The notes beneath the pieces were generated by a model that did not search any database, had not been told where the DNA came from, and saw only the letters and a list, made by a program, of their open reading frames with translations. The position numbers and the translations under genes were made by a program. Positions 59,826 through 64,000 of a DNA stretch of 64,000 nt are shown here, piece after piece. Source of the stretch: Alphaproteobacteria bacterium (lineage in GTDB: Bacteria; Pseudomonadota; Alphaproteobacteria; Bin95); the NCBI GenBank assembly GCA_964291285.2, contig OZ219787.1, positions 1,312,001 through 1,376,000 on the forward strand. Reading direction: 5' to 3'. The stretch's first letter is position 1, and each line of letters begins with the position of its first letter.

Positions 59826-60832
59826 CGCTGAGAATACCGCTCGACCATCCGGGCGTCTGGCGGCGCGAGGACATGGAGGGGCGCGACGACTGGATAAGGA
59901 CCTTCTCCGACGCCGAGCTGGAGGAGATACGCGCCGCGCTGCCCCGGCGGTTCGGCGCGCCCGGTTTCGGCAGGGCGGACTTCCCCTTGCCGGTGCTCGG
60001 CCCGCGCCTGAAGGACATGGTGGACGAGCTGGAGAACGGGCGCGGCTTCACGGTGATGCGCGGCCTCGACCGGCTGGAGCTCGACCCTGCGGGGTTGCGG
60101 GATGTCTATTGGGGCCTCGCCCAGCATATGGGGCGGACGATCTCCCAGAACTCGACCGGGGCGCTGATCGGCGAGGTCTATGACAGGGGCCTCGACTACG
60201 CCGACAACAATGTGCGCGGCCACACGACCAATGCCGAAATCGGCCCGCACTGCGACACGGCGGACGTGGTGGGGCTGCTTTGCGTGCATCCGGCGGAGGA
60301 GGGCGGCGAAAGCCTGATCGCCTCCTCCGGCGCGATCTACAACGAAATCCTCGCGACGGCGCCGCACCTGGTCGATACGCTGGCCGCCGGCTTCCGCATC
60401 GACCTCGCGGGCAAGGGGCCGACAGGGGCGGCGGACGAGGTGACGCGGGCGCGCATCCCGGTGTTCTCCTGGTATGCGGGCCGGCTCTCCTGCCGCTTCA
60501 ACCGCAAGCAGATCGAGGACGGCCAGCGCAAGCTGGGGCGCGAGCTCTCGGCGGAGGAGCAGGAGGCGGTGGAAACGGTGGAGCGCCTCGCGCTCGACCC
60601 GCGCTTCCGCCTCGACATGGACTTCCGCCGGGGCGACATCCAGTGGCTCAACAACCACGCCATCCTGCACGGCCGGGCCGGATACCGGGACGCCAACGAC
60701 CCGGAACGCCGCCGCCTGCTGCTCAGGCTCTGGATGAACATTCCGGACGGCCGGCCGCTGGCGCCGGCTTTCGCCGACCGGCTGAACACGGGGCCGCGCG
60801 GCGGCGTCTATGCAAGGGAAGCGAGGGCGTAA
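59822..60832 (+). CDS. TauD/TfdA-family dioxygenase
   Basis: PHCD, GGES, GDIQWLNNHAILHGR, RLLLRLW. Confidence 0.88.
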   Translation: MTLRIPLDHPGVWRREDMEGRDDWIRTFSDAELEEIRAALPRRFGAPGFGRADFPLPVLGPRLKDMVDELENGRGFTVMRGLDRLELDPAGLRDVYWGLAQHMGRTISQNSTGALIGEVYDRGLDYADNNVRGHTTNAEIGPHCDTADVVGLLCVHPAEEGGESLIASSGAIYNEILATAPHLVDTLAAGFRIDLAGKGPTGAADEVTRARIPVFSWYAGRLSCRFNRKQIEDGQRKLGRELSAEEQEAVETVERLALDPRFRLDMDFRRGDIQWLNNHAILHGRAGYRDANDPERRRLLLRLWMNIPDGRPLAPAFADRLNTGPRGGVYAREARA

Positions 60833-60836
60833 CGCG

Positions 60837-61829
60837 ATGGCTCGAATACGGACCCCGATCTGCGAGCGGCTGGGGATCGAGCATCCGGTGTTCCAGGCCG
60901 GCATGGGCTGGGTTGCGCGCGCGGACCTGGCGGCGGCCGTCTCGGAGGCGGGCGGGCTCGGCGTCGTGGGCGCCGGCTCCACGATGGATGGCGATCAGCT
61001 GCGCGCCGAAATCTGCCGGGTGCGGGAGCTGACCGACAAGCCCTTCGGCGTCGATATCCTGTTCGCAACCGTGCGCGCCGAGGGCGAGCGGGTAGCGCGC
61101 TACACCGACGCGGTGCAGGGCATGGTCGAGGCCGTGCTGGAGGAGCGGGTGCCGGTGCTGGTCTCCGGCCTCGGCAGCCCGGCGGCGGTCGTGCCGGCGG
61201 CGCATGAACGCGGCATCTATGTCATGTCGGTCGTGGGCGCGGTGCGCCATGCCGAGAAGGCGGTCGCGGACGGCGTGGATGCGGTGATCGCGTCGGGCAT
61301 GGACGGCGGCGGCCATGTCGGGCGCATCGGCACGGCGGCGCTCGTGCCCGCCGTGGTGGACGCGGTGGACGTGCCGGTGCTCGCCGGCGGCGGATTGGCG
61401 GACGGCCGCGGGCTTGCGGCGGCGCTCGCCTTCGGCGCCCAGGGCGTGTGGATGGGCACTCGCTTCATCGCCACGGCCGAGAGCCGCAGCCACGACAACT
61501 ACAAGCACCGGATCGCCGATACCGACGTGGCCGGAACGGTGGTGACGCGCGCCCACAGCGGCAAGCCCTGCCGGCTGATCGACAACGGCTTCACGCGCGG
61601 CTGGGCCGGGCGCGAGGCGGAGATCAAGCCCTTTCCGCTCCAGGCGATGGAGGTCGGCCACCCGGCGTCCGAACGCGGGCGGATCGAGGGCGATGTCGAG
61701 GCGGGCGTGCTGCCGGCCGGCCAGAGCTGCGGCATGATCGGCGATGTCGTGCCGGCGGGCGAAGTAGTGCGGCGGGTCGTCGAGGAAGCGGCGCTTGCCA
61801 TGACGAGAATGCAATCTTTCGGAGGATGA
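60837..61829 (+). CDS. Nitronate monooxygenase/FabK-family flavoprotein
   Basis: QAGMG, GGGH, AGGLADGRG, MGTRF, AGQ. Confidence 0.9.
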   Translation: MARIRTPICERLGIEHPVFQAGMGWVARADLAAAVSEAGGLGVVGAGSTMDGDQLRAEICRVRELTDKPFGVDILFATVRAEGERVARYTDAVQGMVEAVLEERVPVLVSGLGSPAAVVPAAHERGIYVMSVVGAVRHAEKAVADGVDAVIASGMDGGGHVGRIGTAALVPAVVDAVDVPVLAGGGLADGRGLAAALAFGAQGVWMGTRFIATAESRSHDNYKHRIADTDVAGTVVTRAHSGKPCRLIDNGFTRGWAGREAEIKPFPLQAMEVGHPASERGRIEGDVEAGVLPAGQSCGMIGDVVPAGEVVRRVVEEAALAMTRMQSFGG

Positions 61830-61837
61830 CCGGGCAC

Positions 61838-62617
61838 ATGCGTATGAAGGACAGATGCGGGATCGTGACCGCGGCGGGCTCCGGCATGGGGCGTGCGGGC
61901 GCCATCCGGTTCGCAGAAGAGGGAGCGGCGGTCGCCGTCGTCGATATCGACGCCGAAGCCGTGGCGGCGGTCGTGGCCGAGATCGAGGCGGCGGGCGGGC
62001 GCGCTGTCGGGATACCCGCCGACCTCACTCAGGACGATGACAGCCGGCGCATCGTGCGCGAGGCGGCGGGTGCGCTCGGCGGCATCGACTTCGTGTGGAA
62101 TCATGTCGGCCATCCGGGCCCGGCCTCGGTCGAGGGCATCGAGATGAAGGATTTCGACACGGCCGTGACGCTCAACATGCGCACGGTGCTGATTACGACC
62201 GATGCGGCGATCCCGGAAATCCGGGCGCGGGGCGGCGGCTCGCTGCTCTACACCGCCTCGACTTCGGGCCTGCAGGGCTCGCAGTTCAGCCCGGTCTATT
62301 CGGCGGTGAAGCATGGTGTGGTCGGCTTCGTGAAGGCGCTCGGCAAGCGGCTCGCGAAGGAGAACATCCGCGTGAACGCCATCTGCCCCGGCCCCATCGA
62401 CACGCCGATGCTCAGGGTCTTCGTGTCGCGGCCCGACCAGCAGTCGACCCACGGCCTCGACAAGGAGGAGCTGATCGCGAGGCATGGCGGCGCGCTGCCC
62501 ATCGGCCGGCCGGGCCGGCCGGAGGAGATCGCCAACGCGGCGCTCTTCCTGCTCTCCGACGAAGCCTCCTTCGTCACGGCAACCACGCTCGCGGTGGACG
62601 GCGGCTCGACCGCGTGA
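61838..62617 (+). CDS. SDR-family oxidoreductase
   Basis: TAAGSGMG, YSAVK, RVNAICPG, VDGG. Confidence 0.92.
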   Translation: MRMKDRCGIVTAAGSGMGRAGAIRFAEEGAAVAVVDIDAEAVAAVVAEIEAAGGRAVGIPADLTQDDDSRRIVREAAGALGGIDFVWNHVGHPGPASVEGIEMKDFDTAVTLNMRTVLITTDAAIPEIRARGGGSLLYTASTSGLQGSQFSPVYSAVKHGVVGFVKALGKRLAKENIRVNAICPGPIDTPMLRVFVSRPDQQSTHGLDKEELIARHGGALPIGRPGRPEEIANAALFLLSDEASFVTATTLAVDGGSTA

Positions 62618-63786
62618 CGGCCTCGGGCGGAGGCCTGTCGGCCGGCCCGCTCCAGCATCCCGCGGCGCTGGCGCTTGCCGGGTGCCTGGCGCTGGCGGTC
62701 GCCATCGGGATCGGGCGGTTCGTCTATACGCCCATCCTGCCGTTCATGACGACGGGGCTCGGGCTCGGCAAACCGGAAGCAGGGCTGATCGCGTCCGCCA
62801 ACTTCCTGGGCTACCTGCTGGGGGCGCTGGCGGCGGCGTGGCGGCCGGTGCCGGGCGATGCGCGGCTCTGGCTGGTCGGCGCGCTGGCGGCGAGCGCAGC
62901 GACGACCGGCGCCATGGGGCTGACGGAAGACCTGGGCGCGTTCCTTGCCCTGCGCTTCGCAAACGGGGCCCTTGCGGCGCTGGTGATGGTGCTGGCCTCC
63001 TCGCTGACGATGGACCGGCTGGCCGCCGCCGGGCGGGCGGTCTGGGCGGCGGGCATCTATGCGGGCGTCGGCGTCGGCATCGCGGTCTCGTCGCTGGCGG
63101 TTCCGCTCGCCGCGCTTGGCGACGGCGATTCGCAAGGCCCCTGGCTCGTCTGCGGGGCGCTCGCGCTCGCGCTGTCGGTTCCCGTCTGGGTTCTCCTGGG
63201 AAGACGGGGGCAGGCGAAACCGGCCGAAGCCGCCGGCCCCGCCGCGGCGGGCGCAAGGGCGGAGAGCTTCGCGCGGTTCGCCGCCGCCTACGGGCTGTTC
63301 GGCTTCGGCTATGTCATTACCGCCACCTTCATCTCCGACATGGTGCGCGCCGACCCGGTGCTGCAGCCGGCGGAAAACCTGGTCTGGTTCTTCGTCGGGC
63401 TGGCGGCGGCGCCGTCGGTGGCGTTCTGGGGCTGGGCGGGACAGCGCTGGGGCAATGAGCGCGCCTTCGCGGCCGCCTGCCTGGTCGAGGCGTTCGGCGT
63501 GCTGCTGAGCGTGCTGGGCGGCGGCATCTGGATGGTGCTGACGGCCGCGGCCCTCCTCGGCGGCACCTTCATGGGCCTGACGGCGCTCGGCTTGGTCAAT
63601 GCGCGGCGCCTCTCGATCGGCGACCCGCGCCGCAACCTCGCGCTGATAACGGCGGCCTTCGGCCTCGGCCAGATGGTCGGGCCGGCGCTCGCGGGCGTCC
63701 TGCACGACTGGACGGGCAGCTACCTCGAACCGTCGCTCATGGCCGCCGCCGTGCTGGCCGCCGCCGCCATGCTGGCCGCACGGTGA
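62614..63786 (+). CDS. YbfB/YjiJ-family MFS transporter
   Basis: GIGRFVYTPILP, ANFLGYLLGA, GFGYVITATF, FGLGQMVGP. Confidence 0.9.
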   Translation: MTASGGGLSAGPLQHPAALALAGCLALAVAIGIGRFVYTPILPFMTTGLGLGKPEAGLIASANFLGYLLGALAAAWRPVPGDARLWLVGALAASAATTGAMGLTEDLGAFLALRFANGALAALVMVLASSLTMDRLAAAGRAVWAAGIYAGVGVGIAVSSLAVPLAALGDGDSQGPWLVCGALALALSVPVWVLLGRRGQAKPAEAAGPAAAGARAESFARFAAAYGLFGFGYVITATFISDMVRADPVLQPAENLVWFFVGLAAAPSVAFWGWAGQRWGNERAFAAACLVEAFGVLLSVLGGGIWMVLTAAALLGGTFMGLTALGLVNARRLSIGDPRRNLALITAAFGLGQMVGPALAGVLHDWTGSYLEPSLMAAAVLAAAAMLAAR

Positions 63787-63796
63787 GTGCGGAAGC

Positions 63797-64000
63797 TCAG
63801 GCGAGATATTGTCCGCCGTTGATATGGACGGTCTGCCCGGTGATGCGCCGCGCGGCGGCGGAGGCGAGGAAGACCGCCAGTTCAGCCACGTCTTCGGGCA
63901 AGGTCAGCCCTTTCAGCGGAATGAGGCCGGCCGCCTCGGCAATCTCGTCCTCGGTCATCCCGTAGCGCGGCTGCGCGGTGTCCGCCAGGCCCGGCGCGAT
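63797..64000 (-). CDS. SDR-family oxidoreductase, C-terminal part (runs off window)
   Basis: IAPGLADT...PEDVA...FLAS...ITGQTVHINGG-stop. Confidence 0.85.
   Translation of the reverse strand: MAPGLADTAQPRYGMTEDEIAEAAGLIPLKGLTLPEDVAELAVFLASAAARRITGQTVHINGGQYLA

Overview
GC-rich alphaproteobacterial chromosome segment. The ahcY-HPr-EIIA-rapZ-hprK-chvG-chvI-pckA locus at 48-56 kb supports this assignment; Rhodospirillales-like is an inference. Four parts: (1) 0-4.3 kb, a non-coding repeat element hit by two ISs. One is a complete IS1595-family transposon (23-bp IRs, 8-bp TSD) carrying a DNA methyltransferase-HNH fusion gene that is out of frame because of an 11-bp tandem repeat, i.e. a candidate mobile, phase-variable R-M or epigenetic switch. 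(2) 4.6-23.8 kb, catabolic genes: TRAP transporter, CoA transferase and ligase, LLM and PhyH oxygenases, an acetylene-hydratase-like Mo/W enzyme, duplicated alpha-hydroxy-acid oxidases and tRNA-Phe. (3) 24-47.5 kb, a decaying defence/mobile island: BcgI-like R-M plus unknown nuclease, orphan PIN toxin, tandem tyrosine integrases, ISKra4-like, IS21, IS630 and ISNCY-like elements, an IS21-split HEPN gene and a Fic gene with a stop. (4) 47.5-64 kb, housekeeping genes, a UGSC selenoprotein operon with a SECIS-like hairpin and another catabolic operon. A dispersed element of about 500 bp (promoter, GC-rich leader, RBS and micro-ORF, then CATGACA heptamers at an exact 10-bp period) recurs four times and matches no standard feature class. 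All family calls come from motif recognition; no database search was run.
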